Shown: positions 23,568-37,106 of the stretch, one piece after another
How the letters are laid out: the number at the start of each line of letters is the position of its first letter
Position numbering within the stretch: the first letter of the stretch is position 1
Assembly (NCBI RefSeq): GCF_006345805.1
Contig: NC_043006.1
Location: 14,880,001-14,944,000, forward strand
Reading direction: 5' to 3'
Length of the DNA stretch: 64,000 nt
Origin: Octopus sinensis
Taxonomy: Eukaryota
The notes under the pieces: generated by a model
Told to the model about the DNA's origin: nothing
The model's input: the letters and a program-made list of their open reading frames with translations, nothing else
The model's database searches: none
Made by a program: the position numbers and the translations under genes

Positions 23568-24129
23568 TATATATATACATGTATATATATATATAAGCAT
23601 ATATATGTATACATCTCTGTTAATCTATCAATCTATATATCTATATCTATATATATGTGCATGTGTATGTGTTTATGTGTGTGTCTGTGTGTAAATATAT
23701 GTGTGTGCATATATATATATATGTATACACACAAACACACACACACATACATAAGTATTTGTACCAGACAATGAGAAATTAAACTGGGTTAGTTCGTATG
23801 TTTGCGACATATTTCAATTTCTAAATATTTGAATTTCTAAATATTTGAATTTCTAAAGACATGTCTGTACATGTGAATTATATGTATGCGCACATACACA
23901 CACACACAATAGCAAGGTAGACTAAGGTGTTGATAAGAAGAGACAAAGAGAGGTCTAAAGATAAAAGAAAACGACAGTGAGCTAACAAGATAGGAAATGT
24001 CAAATGAAAGAGGAAAGATAAGGGAAGAAAGAAAGAAAATAAGAAAGTAAAAAAGAAAGAAAGTAAGGAAGAAAAAGTCAGAGGAGTGAAAGAGAAACAA
24101 TATCAAGATTATTTAAGTCAATAACAAGA

Positions 24130-24545
24130 GAGGCACAGGAGTGGCTGTGTGGTAAGTAGCTTGCTAACCAACCACATGGTTCCGGGTTCAGTCCCACTGC
24201 GTGGCATCTTGGGCAAGTGTCTTCTGCTATAGCCCCGGGCCGACCAATGCCTTGTGAGTGGATTTGGTAGACGGAAACTGAAAGAAGCCTGTCGTATATA
24301 TGTATATATATAAGTGTGTGTGTGTGTGTTTGTGTGTCTGTGTTTGTCCCCCTAGCGTTGCTTGACAACCGATGCTGGTGTGTTTACGTCCCCGTCACTT
24401 AGCGGCTCGGCAAAAGAAACCGATAGAAAATGTACTGGTCTTACAAAGAATAAGTCCCGGGGTCGATTTGCTCGACTAAAGGCGGTGCTCCAGTATGGCC
24501 GCAGTCAAATGACTGAAACAAGTAAAAGAGAGTAAAGAGAGAGAG
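24130..24545 (+). mobile_element. Full-length SINE type B
   Basis: Complete head through the (AGTAAA) tail. Confidence 0.85.
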
Positions 24546-25642
24546 TATATGATTAGTAAAATGTGAGTAAGTGTGCATATTTGTGTATGTAATCTTTTAA
24601 TCACTCTTTTTCTGTATCGTGCTTCTACAGTGCTTCTACAGTGAATGGTTTTGCTAAGCGGTGCCGATTTTTACCATCCTGCAAATAATAATAATAATAA
24701 TAGTATTTTATAAGCTTAAAGCTTATGGTGGTCACCGTGCAATTACTAAAGGCAATAAAAAGCACATGATAGTTTGTTTACAAAAACAACTAAGAACTAA
24801 TTATAGTTCTTAAATTCTGACAGAAAAAGCAGGTAGGTTCGCTAGTGTAATCGGTAGCACACTTGGTTGCATAAACAGAGAGGTGTGGGTTTGAGGCCCA
24901 TGCATATGGGAAAACCTGCTTTTTCTGTTGAGGGCTTATATGCTTCGTTATAAGACTATTTTCTTTAGTCATTGCACAGTGATCACTACAAACTTTTAGA
25001 TTTTAAAATCTATTATTATTATTTACAGAATTGTAAAAATTAGTACTGCTTAACAAAACCATTTGCAATGCATATATAAATATATATACAAAATAAGAAA
25101 ATGGAGGAATAGATTTCTTTCAATCATCAACTTCCTGATAATACCAATTCATATAATTTATTAACTAATTATTTAGATTAAATAGGAACATCCAAATCCA
25201 ACAGAATAAAACAATATACATCAATAAGTAAGATAATACCATAAGAATAATACATATAAAATGGATCTTACAGCTGTTTCAGCCTGTAGATAAGAGTATC
25301 TCATTATGCCCATATTAGTCAGATTTGATAAATGATATCCCATAGTGGGTTACACTCATACTCCCTATCTCACTTTGTATATATATATACATTTATTTAT
25401 TTATTATAATTATGAGTATAATTATAATTAGGGTTAGGCAAAAAATTTGTTTCACCACACACCGAACTTTAGAAATAGCAGCCAAAGAACTAGCTATTTC
25501 TTCTACTGTAAGAAACAAGTCCTAGGTAATATATACTGTTTAAGTTTACCAATAATGGTCTTTTTAACATACCGAATACTACTTGGTGAAATCATTAATT
25601 ATTAATTAATTAATTAATTAATTTTACCCTTTATTATTATTG

Positions 25643-25679
<37 letters not shown>

Positions 25680-25680
<1 letters not shown>

Positions 25681-26700
25681 ATCATCATCATCATTGTTTA
25701 ACGTCCGCCTTCCATACTGGCATAGGCAAGATGGTTTGCCAGGAGCTGGCCAGGTAGAAGCCTGCAGCAGACATCTGTAACTGTTCCTGTTTTGGCAAGA
25801 TTTTTACAGCTGGATACCCTTCCAAACACCAACCACTCAGCAGAGTGGACTTAGTGCTTTTTATGTGGCATAAGCAAAGGCGAGGTCAATTTTGGAAAGG
25901 TTTTTATAGCTGGATGCTCTTCCAAATGCCAACCACTTTACAGTATGAACCGGGTGCTTTTAAGTGCACCAGCACTGAGAGGGTCACCATGTACTTATAA
26001 GACAAAAAAAAAACTATTTTGAGGCAGGGCGGGGGTATTGGAGGAGGTGGTCTTGTGTTGGTTGATGAAAGGTTATAGGGAGGCAGAGAGAGACAAAAAC
26101 AGGTGCCTTGCTGTAGAGGAGTTACAAGATTACCCAGCTGGGGGGGGGGGGCGAGAGAGAGAGAGAGAGAAAGAGAGATCAGGAATGAAGACAGAAACAG
26201 GTGCGCTGCTGCAAAAGAAATACCTGGTTACCCAAACTGAGGGAAGAGCAGGAGGAGAGAGAGAGTGGGAGAGAGCAGGATAGAGATGGTGGCAAGGTGC
26301 TGGGCATATGCAAATGATTCAGTGAGACAGGGTGTGGGTGGAACACACAGGTCAGAAGCTAGCGGAGAGAGCAGTGATACTGTGGCACAGGGCCACGAGG
26401 ACAGGATTGGGGAGTGGGAGGTAATCCTAGTGCATGAAGTGCAAGTGTGAGGAAGAGATGTAGAGATAGAGTTTGGTTTAATGTGGTAGAGTGTGCAAGA
26501 AATTTTCTCGTTAAGTGCAGGTGGGACACACAGCGCTTCTAGAACGCAGTTTTGCTGATGTGGGTGGGTCTTCTCAAGAACTTCACATCACCAGACATCT
26601 TGGTCCATTGTCATTTCTTCTATTAGGCCTAACATTCTGAGATTGGTCCTTACCACTTCATCCTGGGTCCCCCTCATCAGGGGGTAACATCTACATGAAC
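25680..26700 (-). mobile_element. RTE LINE 3' fragment (ORF end and long 3' UTR)
   Basis: Minus translation ..DEVVRTNLRMLGLIEEMTMDQDVW..VLEKT; ends in GGACGTTAAACAATGATGATG. Confidence 0.65.
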
Positions 26701-27224
26701 TGATTAGATTTTGGGATTGATCTGGTACTGGACGAGGGTTCTGGATTATTTTCCCTCTTTTTACTTAATTTTTGAGAACGGTTGAGTTCATTTTTAGTAT
26801 TCTCGTTTGTGAGAGCAGTCAAGTTTATTTCAGGTATTCTCATTTTAAAAATTATCTCTGGCTAATTGTTGAGAGGATGTTGGTGTTGCCTTGGCGGAGG
26901 TTTGCGCTCTCTGAGTGTCTGTATTGTTTTTATAAAAAATTTCAACATCTTTATATCATACAAATGAATTATTTATACATCCATAATTTTCCATTTCCTT
27001 TCTTTCAGGTGCTCCAGCATGGCCACAGTCAAATGACTGAAACAAGTAAAAGAGTAAGAGTAAAAAGAGTAAATATACATATATAGTCAATTCGAGGATG
27101 TCATGTCCTCATCAGGGATTAAAAAATCCAAAAGCTCCACTGGTTAATCACTTTCATGTAAAGGAGAAAGTTTCAATGATATGTTAGAGATTATTATAGT
27201 AATAATAATCATCGTTTATCATCA

Positions 27225-27432
27225 TCGGACTGCAGAGGACATGCGTAGACTTGAAAGAAATGAAGCTAACATGATCCGCTGGATGTGTAATGTCAGTGTG
27301 CACGCATGACAGAGTGTAAGCACCCTGAGAGACATGCTGGACATAAGAAACATCAGATGTGGTATGCAAGAGAGATGCTTGCGATGGTATGGTCATGTAC
27401 TGCGGGTAGATAAGGAGAGATGTGTGAAGAAG
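27225..27432 (+). mobile_element. RTE ORF2 fragment
   Basis: AEDMRRLERNEANMIRWMCNV...LRDMLDIRNI...QERCLRWYGHVLR, with one internal stop. Confidence 0.75.
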
Positions 27433-28439
27433 CCCCTTTAATTTTTTCTTTATACTTGTACATTATATAATCCTTAAGTTTATGAAAACAATACAAAAAT
27501 CTTTGTATAGAACTGCGCGCTTCACAGTTCCAGCATTGTGGTGTTTGGCTGCTGTGTGTTTGAGATAGGAAGCTTCACACAAGGGAGAGAGAGCACTGCA
27601 TGACACAACAGTGCTGTGTGTAAGGTAGTATTTCTTTTTGACTCCACAAGATCTGACATAGTCATGATGGAAAAGGACACCTTTTCAGTTGACCAGAAGG
27701 CACCTATTTTTCTGTAATTTTTTTTTCATTCATCTTATCAATTTGCTCACATTATGCTTGAGCTGTAATTGTCTGGTTTTGTGGTAAGGTTTCAAAGTGT
27801 ATTACACAAAATGTGTTCCACCAAACGCTTATCAAAACTTTCCAAGTACTGGTGGCACATGAAAGACCACATTCGAGTGAGGTCATTGCCAGTGCTGCTG
27901 GACTGGCTCCTGTGCAGGTGGCACATAAAAAGCACCATTTGAGCATGGCTGGTGCCAGTACCACCTAACTGGCCCTCGTACCAGTGGCATGTAAAGGCAC
28001 CCACTACACTCTCAGAAGGGTTGGCATTAGGAAGGGCATCCAGTTGTAGAAACTCTGCCAGATCAGATTGGAGCCTGGTGCGGCCATCTGGCTTGCCAGT
28101 CCTCAGTCAAACCATCCAACCCATGCCAGCATGGAAAGCAGATGTTAAACGATGATGATGATGATGATGATGATAGCCTCCTCCACTATTTTGTGATTTA
28201 GTGGGGATTTTTGATAAACAAGGGGGAATTTGCGGTGGTATTCAGTGAACAAATTAAACACACTACCCGGAGGTGGCTAAAACACGAACCAATCAGGTTT
28301 ATGTATAAATTTTGTTTTTATATGTTTGTTTCCTTTTACACAAAGGCTGAACATTTTCTGAAGCCCTAATTTTGTCTACAAGCTGCCACTACTTCTTCTC
28401 CTGTGTGTCTTTCAGGTCTACTGGGGGTTTTATACTGTT

Positions 28440-28862
28440 TTCCTCAGTATAAAACTACACAGCTCTGGGATTTACTTGGATTGGAAACCCAGACTGCCCT
28501 TCACATTTGTGTACTGTTTGTGGGGAGAAGCTGGCTAATAGTGCTATGGCACCAGCCAAACTGAAACGACACTTAACAACTAAACATCCAGAGTTGTCAG
28601 GCAAAAATGAACAATATTTTTAAAAAGAGAATTGACATTTAATAAAAGGCAAGTTTCTATGTTTGCCAAAAAGTTCAAGTTGAGTGACAAAGGACAAGAA
28701 GCAAGTTATGCTGTGGCGGAGATAGTTGCAAGAAAAATGAAATCTCATACAATCGCTGAAACTGTAATTTCACCTGCATGCCAGGTAATAGTGAGGATAA
28801 TATTTGGAGAGGATGCTGTATCAGAGCTAAATAAAATTCCTCTATCTGACAACTTTTATTGA
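28440..28862 (+). mobile_element. hAT (Charlie/Buster-like) transposase N-terminal relic with BED-type zinc finger
   Basis: [34 protein letters not shown], a frameshift, then ASYAVAEIVARKMKSHTIAETVISPAC...LNKIPLSDN. Confidence 0.85.
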
Positions 28863-29263
28863 CAAATTCATTACCCTACTAACACGTTTCCTTTTATTTG
28901 TTACTTCTTCCACCTTCCTTTGATTCTGCCAGTACATCTATATTTCATCACCACCACCATGACTCACACTGCTTGTTTGTTTTTGCTCAACCGCTTTTGA
29001 TAATTTCCTTTCCCTTTTGTTCATCCACTAACAATTGAGTAAACAACTTAATATTTTAACGACAATTACAAAAGCATGGCAAGAGTCATTTATTGATTGA
29101 AACGCATTTAGTAGTGCATGAACTCCCATGAATAGGTGTTTAACATACCAATTAAAAATCATCAAATCAATCAATAAACCAATAAACATACTTACTTACC
29201 TACCTACCTACCTAAAAACCTATCTATCTATCTATACACATATATGTACACACACACACATAA

Positions 29264-29298
<35 letters not shown>

Positions 29299-29530
29299 GA
29301 GGTGCAATGGCCTAGTGGTTAGGGCAGTGGACTTGCAGTCGCAGGATTGCGGTTTCAATTCCCAGACCGGGCGTTGTGTGTGTTTATTGAGCGAAAACAC
29401 CTAAAACGCTCCACAAGGCTCTGGCAGGGGGTGGCGTCATTCATCATTCGAAGGCTAAAACAATGCGAACGCATTGTGACCAGCGATGTGTAAAACATCT
29501 GATGGTCTGGTCGGTCACGTGATCACGTGA
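29299..29530 (+). mobile_element. SINE type C
   Basis: gaggtgcaatggcctagtggttagg head; cattcgaaggctaaaacaatgcg tail. Confidence 0.8.
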
Positions 29531-29548
29531 TATATATATATATATATA

Positions 29549-29900
29549 TCTTTATATATATAAAACTGAGAATGTGTGTCTGTCTGTCTGTCTGTGTGTT
29601 TCCCTAAAACTTGAGAACTACACAACCAATTTCATTCAAATTTTACACATGCCTTACTTAGGATCCATGTAGTTTCATGGGCAAAAAAAATGTTCAACGT
29701 CTTGCCTACAGCGAGCCCATAGCAATATCATATCTTCTTCCACTATTTCAGTATTACGTGTTAAAAGTGAAACAAAAACATTTCTCTATTTTATGTCAGA
29801 TACTTTCACTTTAACAATAAAAATAATAATAACAATTGAATTATATGTAGTAAGTAATAATTAAAATCAAACTAAAGTATAATATAATCGTAACATAACA
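29549..29900 (+). mobile_element. Possible Helitron-like non-autonomous 5' portion
   Basis: A|TCtttatatatataaaa start plus a (TGTC)n run, as in the other Helitron-like copies; 3' end not identified. Confidence 0.4.
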
Positions 29901-30708
29901 AAAGTAAAAATAGCAATTGGTATAAAATTGCATCAATGACTTGAACTTGAATAAGTGGCTTCACATGAATGGGAATAAATTAAAAATAAAATTAGCGTTC
30001 AGAAATGGAATAGTCCAGATGGATAATAAAAAATTAAATTAAAGAAAAGACTATTGTCTATAAAGTATACAATGTAGAGAAAAAAGAAGATTTGAACACA
30101 TGGGGGAAAGCACCTTCGAAAAGTGTCTTGGTGCGACTATGAAAGGTATCTAATCAGAGGCGGTAAATTCACCACAATAGAAGCAAGGTTTGAGTCAACG
30201 GAGCGTGCAAGGGAGTACTCGACTCGAACTTGCAAAGTGGAAATATTTTATTTTTACCTTTATATCTGGGACGTAGGACGTCCCGGAAAAGAATTAAAAA
30301 TGCCCCCCATCCCCCGAAGTAGAGGTAGGCTGGATTGTAGCCACACTTCTATACAAGAGGGAGGACAAGATACAATTGATCGAAATTACAAGAGACGGGC
30401 TAACAAATCCAGTCTGTTATATATTTTGAGTATTGTTATCACTAGCGATATCAAGATATAACTTTGTATTTTGTATTTTATGTGTAGATGTATATATATA
30501 TAGATGTACATGTAATATGTACACATATATATACACATATATATACATGCACTAGCACTATGACCTGGCAACGACGGGTCTTTAATGCTAGTATATTGAT
30601 AAAAATGGTAAGATAACAAAAGAAAGAAAGAGACCTCGATATTATGTAAATAGAGGAATTTATCTGTAAATGTAATATGTGACAATTATTAGGTTTTTCC
30701 GATGGCCG

Positions 30709-30770
30709 GATAACTGAAGAGATGGTGGTGTGGATTTCCACCTTGGCATCTGAACCTCTGAGTTTGGTCT
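30709..30770 (+). ncRNA. Degenerate hammerhead-like motif with extended helix II
   Basis: gataa-CTGAAGA-gatg...catc-tGAAc-ctc(t)gag-TT. The sister copy at 54008 has an intact GAAA. Confidence 0.4.
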
Positions 30771-30804
30771 TGGCTACCGAATAATTGTCACATATTACAT
30801 TTAC

Positions 30805-30866
<62 letters not shown>

Positions 30867-31011
30867 TCATCGTTTAACGTCTGCTTTCCATGCTAGCATG
30901 GGTTGGACGGTTCAACTGGGGTCTGGGAAGCTCGAAGGCTGCACCAGGCCAGTCAGATCTGGCAGTGTTTATATATATATTTAGGGATAACCACTAGGTG
31001 GATAACCGATA

Positions 31012-31245
31012 TGCTAGAAGAAGATCCCATACGATCTAACTACAAAGAAAAGAAAGTTCTGTAGAGAAATTCAGTAAACACCAGAACATAAGCGGGTAAG
31101 ACAGATGAAAATATATAAAAATCAAGAATTCTTGATTTTTATATATTTTCATCTGTCTTACCCGCTTATGTTCTGGTGTTTACTGAATATCTCTATAGAA
31201 CTTCCTTTTCTTTGTAGTTAGATTGTATGGGATCTTCTTCTAGCA
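31012..31245. repeat. 234-bp spacer-less palindrome centred on GAATTC (31126-31131)
   Basis: Arms of 117 bp with ~4 mismatches; the arm sequence is related to 54270-54400. Confidence 0.9.
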
Positions 31246-31561
31246 CACTTAATCGAACGGTCTAATGACCTTTCCCCACCCAGCTTTTCGTAGGATTAAG
31301 GCAAAAGCTCGCCAAGAACAATTGCAGAGGTTGAGACAGCTACTGGAGAAAACATGTCCTTATCTCTCACCACAAATAAGTCAGACTGCAGCCTAATACA
31401 GCGGAAATAAGGTCAAGTCTTCCTTTCCTGAATGTATAAAGGACGTCTTGTATGATGGTAGACCAACTCTTTCCTGTTACTTTAGTCTTACAAACCATGG
31501 CAATGGATAATAGTTTGCAATCGTGATTCTAACTTTAATAATAATAATAATAATAATAAAA

Positions 31562-32050
31562 GATGGGGCTACAGCAAATATTCTGCTCAATACCACAGAT
31601 TTGCTTGTCAGTTGTTTGACCTTAAGCAGTTGAGCATGTCCCTTAGTGGCTGACGATATGTGCATCTCTGATCACGAGCAGAAGTAGTGGGGGAGCATCA
31701 TAGCCATGTGTTGAGAGGGATTCTTTGGGGTTTGAATAATTCACCTCTGGAAACATGGGTGGTTCTTTCAACATCCTTAAACAACCCTTATTCAGAGACC
31801 TTTTGAGCAGGATGGGCTACTCAACCTGAAGAAATTTCTAACTGGGCCCCACCTGCAAGGTCATGTGCTGTTTATCTTGATATGAGATCACCATGTCGCA
31901 CACATATGGCTGTGATGCATGTGCCTGGTGTACCCTTATCAGACGGGTAGTCATGATGGGTATATTGGGCTTCGTATATTTTACCACAGTGTCACTTTGA
32001 TGGCATGAACTGCTCTCTCACTCAATAATAATAATAATAATAATAATAAT
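31562..32050 (+). repeat. Unclassified interspersed repeat bounded by (AAT)n tracts (probable retroposon)
   Basis: GC-richer ~470-bp block between AAT runs; no ORF. Confidence 0.35.
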
Positions 32051-32054
32051 TAAT

Positions 32055-32274
32055 TCAAAATTTGGCACAAGGCCAGCAATTTCAGGAGAGGGGGTAAGTT
32101 AATTGCATTGACTCCAGTGGTTAACTGGTAATTATTTTATCGACCCAGAAAGGTTGAAAGGCAAAATTGAGCTCAGTGGTATTTGAACTCAGACTGTAAA
32201 GATGGACAAAATGCTGCAAAGTATTTTGCCCGACGTGCTAACGATTCTGCCAGCTCACCGCCACTGCTGCCGCC

Positions 32275-32333
<59 letters not shown>

Positions 32334-32783
32334 TCTTTTCAAGTGGAAGCACAAAGCCTCAAATTTGGGGGAAGTGATTAAGTCGATTACATTGACCCAC
32401 AATGTGTAACTGGTACTTATTTAATCAACCCCAAAAGGATGAAAGGCAAAGTCAACCTTGGCAGAATTTGAACTCAGAATGTAGCGGCAGACGAGATACT
32501 GCTAAGCATTTCGCCTGGCATGCTAACGATTCTGCCAGCACGCTGCCTCAATAATAATAATAATAATAATCCTTTCAATTAAAGGCATAAAGCCTGAAAT
32601 TTGACAGGAGGGGTCAAGTCAGTTACATTGTCTCCAATGCTTGACTGGTACTTTTTCCATTGACCCTGAAAGTATGGAAGGTAAAGTCGACCTCGGCGGA
32701 ATTTGAACTCAGAATGTAAAGATGGGCGAAATACCGCTAAGCATTTTGCCTGGCATGCTTATGTTTCTGCCAGCTGACCACCT

Positions 32784-32819
<36 letters not shown>

Positions 32820-33330
32820 CCTTTCTACTAAAGGCACAAGACCTGATATTTGTGGGGAGGGGACTAGTTAATTACATTGACCCCAGTGTTTTACAGGTAT
32901 GAAAAGCAAAGTCAATCTTGGTGTAATTTGAACTCAGAACATAGCGACAGGCAAGATACCACAAAGCATCAATGGTAATGGCTTCAAATTATGTCACAAG
33001 GGCAGCAGTTCTGCAGGAGGGGATGAGTCGATTACATTGACCCCCAGTGTTCAACTTGTACTTATTTTATCGACCCCGAAAGGACGAAAGGCAAAGTTGA
33101 CTTCGGTGAAATTTGAACTCAGAACATAGCGACAGGCAAGATACCACAAAGCATCAATGGTAATGGCTTCAAATTATGTCACAAGGGCAGCAGTTCTGCA
33201 GGAGGGGATGAGTCGATTACATTGACCCCCAGTGTTCAACTTGTACTTATTTTATCGACCCCGAAAGGACGAAAGGCAAAGTTGACTTCGGTGAAATTTG
33301 AACTCAGAACATAACGGCAGACGAAATACA
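32055..33330 (-). mobile_element. Stack of ~6 SINE type A copies, same orientation, separated by (AAT)n or by a ~179-bp tandem duplication
   Basis: Repeated gaaaggcaaagt.gacct.ggc.gaatttgaactcagaa cores. Confidence 0.8.
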
Positions 33331-33702
33331 CTCTCTTTCTCTCTCTCTCTCTTTCTCTCAACAACAGCATTTTCATTTGAATATAAGATAAGTAAATAAG
33401 TAGAAATTTTTAAGTCATAGAATTATAATATTGTCTATTGAAAGAAAGCTTGATAATATTGTCTGTTTAAAGAAAGCTAAATATAAAAGGAAGGTAAGTT
33501 ATAAATATTTACAAATACTTGTCAATACAGTGATGTTTGTAAATATTCATAAATGAAGAATTTTACTAAGGCAGTGATGTTTGTCTTCAAGATCTTTTTC
33601 CGTTTCAGGTGGTTAAGTGAGTGAGAAAGAGAGACAGAGATAGAGAATGTGTAGACGTTGCCAGAAAAAGAAATAATAAGTCTCTGCGTGTATGCCATTA
33701 AT

Positions 33703-34113
33703 GGAATCTTTTCGGTTTGAACAGCACTTTTTAACATAATTTCTAGGTAACTAAACACTTTTAAACTTCGTATACTGGTAGAATGTGTTTATAAAACATC
33801 TTTTTCTCATGGCTTTATTGAGAAAATTCTATAGTTTGTAAGATATTTGTTGTTTTTTATCTTCAATTTCTGAAATTTCAACCAATCAATGACGTCCATT
33901 GAGGTAAAAAACATTCTGTGCCGTATGAATATGTCCCTCGTTTAAGAAACAGATTGGATTTATTTACATTTGTGAAGAAAAAAGATACCCTTCTCCCCAC
34001 CCCTAACCCTAAAACAGATTGAAATGCAATAGATCGATACTAGGGTCATAATTATGGGTGACAATTTCATATGACACCGCTAGAAAAAACTGCCGGTCAA
34101 ACCGAAAACATCC
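33703..34113. mobile_element. MITE of the GGATCTTTTCGGTTTGAACGGCAG TIR family
   Basis: Terminal inverted repeats and an internal CCCTAACCCTAA motif; copies at 49655 and 52229. Confidence 0.7.
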
Positions 34114-34243
34114 AATTAATGTAATCCTGTGTAATTTTGGACTTTGTATGGTTACGTATAGAAACATAAATAAACTAACGTACACACACACACACACAAA
34201 TATACTCATTAGTTGTGAAGTTTGTGTTCCATTGTATTACATA

Positions 34244-34644
34244 CTAGCAGTATCGCCCAGCGTTGCTCGGGTTTGTAAGGGAAATAACTATATAAGCATT
34301 TTTAGAGAGTTATAGCCAAAAAATAGCAAAAAATGCATTAAAAATGGAAAAAAAATTATGGTAAATTTGTTTTTAAATTGTTGACACATCGTAGACATTT
34401 TTAGAGAGTTACTTCCCTTATATAATAGCGAAAAAGTGCATTAAAATGGAAAAAAAATGATGGTAAATTTTTTTTTAAATCGTAGACTCATCGTAGACGC
34501 GCGCTAATACCCAGAAGGGCTCGATATGAATCACGACTATAAGATACCCGGTTTTGGTTAAACTGCACCGCAAAATGTGGGAGTAGTTAGGAATCTAAAT
34601 CGTAGGAGACAGACACACAACCTTACTTTTATATATAAAGAAGA
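34244..34644 (-). mobile_element. Non-autonomous Helitron-like element
   Basis: Reverse-complement copy of 12558-12956, with TC and CTAG ends. Confidence 0.75.
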
Positions 34645-35289
34645 TATGCTATGAGAATGGGGGCTAATGCAGAATTGCACCTCTCCTTGAAAAATGCATT
34701 TTTGGGGGAAATTTCTTTTTCAGAATCCTACGTTTTAGATGTCGGAGATTACGAATATGCAAAAAAAATTCTTTTAAATTTCACCGTACATCCACCTCTC
34801 CCCGCACCATTTAAAATTTTGATTTTGTCTATTTTAAAGAGATTGTGGCTTATTGATGAACATATGCAAATTGAAATTAGATACAGACAAAAGCATTGAA
34901 GTGAAAAGAATTTGCGTTTTACTTGTGTTTGCCTTAAATAATCGTAAATAATAATTTAATGTAAATTAAATATACACCATTTTATGAGAAACAAACATTA
35001 ATGTTTAATAATTAATGTTATAAAGTTTAATAAGGGACTCAAATCTCACACCTTCCCCAATTTAAAATTTTGAACTTTTTCATCCATTTATTTATTTGTC
35101 TAACTATTTATCCCTATCTGTTTATTCATAAAATATATTTGTCAACTAAATGTGGTGGTCCTATAGAAGATGTTGTTTTGGATATTCCCCAAGATAAAAA
35201 GAGAAGAGAAAAATATGAAGATAATAAAATAAGAACGGGTCTTTTAAAATTCTTTCGAACAACCAGAATTTTCTAAAACTAACATTATA

Positions 35290-35672
35290 GTCCAGCGTTG
35301 CTCAGGCTTGTTTTCTTTTCGACCCTTTAGAATTGGAATTTTTGAAAAGTAAAAATTTTGCATCATGTAGCTTGCTATTCTCTTTAAGTGAACATTTTTC
35401 TGGTTGAAATACACCGAAAAATGGCAACACAGCAGTAAAAAAATTGTAAAAAATAGGGATTTTCATAGAGAAAAAGCACCTTTTTGATGTAAATAATTTT
35501 TAGTGTTAACATGGTCCGATTTGAATATTTTCTTCTACGGAAGGAAGAGCACGCCTTCTTCTAACATACTCTCAATTTTGATCAACTTGCGCTGCAGGGT
35601 CTCGGAGGAGATAGTGTTAGTTGAAGGCTACCAAACCTGCCATACACTGACAACTTCAGCTTTATATATAGA
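35290..35672 (-). mobile_element. Helitron-like element, second subfamily
   Basis: Homologous to 20273-20647; 5' end resembles ctctctctatatataaa. Confidence 0.55.
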
Positions 35673-36241
35673 GAGAGATAACTACCAGAATGTTTTAAAA
35701 TTTTCTACACCTATGTAGTTTTGCAGACTAACGACAAAAAAAAAAACACATTCATTTTTTTATTATATAGAAATTAATAATAAAAAAAATTACAAGTCTC
35801 TAAAAATGATGCAATTTTACCAATCAGGTGCGTCCATTGCCAACATACTGGAAGTTGCGACAGTTTGATTTTATGGGAATAGAGAGGAGTGTAAGAGAGA
35901 CAGTTTGTGTGTGTCTGTGATCTTGTACGGGTACGTCTGTGTACGTAAGTCTGTATGAGTGTGTGTGTGTGTGTGTGTGCTTTCATGTTTTGCTTAATTT
36001 CCAGCTTTCTGTTCCAGTCAAACAATGAGGTTAAAAGCAACCACTGTGCAGGTAACATTCTACCCTTTGTTATATTTTCATGCAGAAAACGTCATCTCGC
36101 CGATTTCGACAATTGAAATTGTACCATCGTTCTGTAACAGGTTGCGGAGTCGATCCTCCGTGCATACTTCACACGAACAATTGCTGTAATCAACAGCGTC
36201 AGGGCTGCTGATTCTTTTATGATTAAGTTCTAGAGAAAAAT

Positions 36242-36620
36242 GAGGCGCAGGAGTGGCTGTGTGGTAAGTAGCTTGCTAACCAACCACATGGTTCCGGGTT
36301 CAGTCTCACTGCGTGGCACTCTAGGCAAGTGTCTTCTACTATAGCCTCGGGTTGACCAAAGCCTTGTGAGTGGATTTGGTAGACGGAAACTGAAAGAAGC
36401 CCGTCGTATATATGTATATATATATGCGTGTGTGTGTTTGTGTGTCTGTGTTTGTCCCCTAGCATTGCTGGTGTGTTTATGTCCCCGTTACTTAGCGGTT
36501 CGGCAAAAGATATTACAAAAGAATAAGTCCTGGGGTCGAGTTGTCGATTAAAAGGCGGTGCTCCAGCATGGCCACAGTCAAATGACTGAGACAAGTAAAA
36601 GAGTAAAAAAGAGTAAAGAG
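36242..36620 (+). mobile_element. SINE type B
   Basis: Full head to tail. Confidence 0.85.
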
Positions 36621-37071
36621 TGATTTTCTTCATCAGCAAGCAAAACTACATCAGCGTAGAATCCGGTCATACAAGTCCAACACAAAAACCAATAATAGAT
36701 CAGCGCCCAACAGGTACATCGGTCATCGCACCTGTGCCCCTGTCTCACCATGTAGTTACCGAATCCTCGTTATATGGGTAGTGAGGACGGATGAAAAGTA
36801 AAGCAAAATGAGTAAGCACATAAACACGCGCACGCACACACAGACACGTACAACGCGCGCAAAAACTCAAAATATGGAAGGAAACATACACATACAAATC
36901 CACACTCACAGACATGCACATAAACTCACACACACACACATACACACACACACATTCCGTCACAATGTTAAGGCTGTATCCATAGTAACAAGCAGCTGCA
37001 ACTTCCGGCATGTCGGCAAAAGATTTTTCCAACTGACTAGAATTGCGTAATTGTAACTTTTTTAATAAATA

Positions 37072-37106
<35 letters not shown>

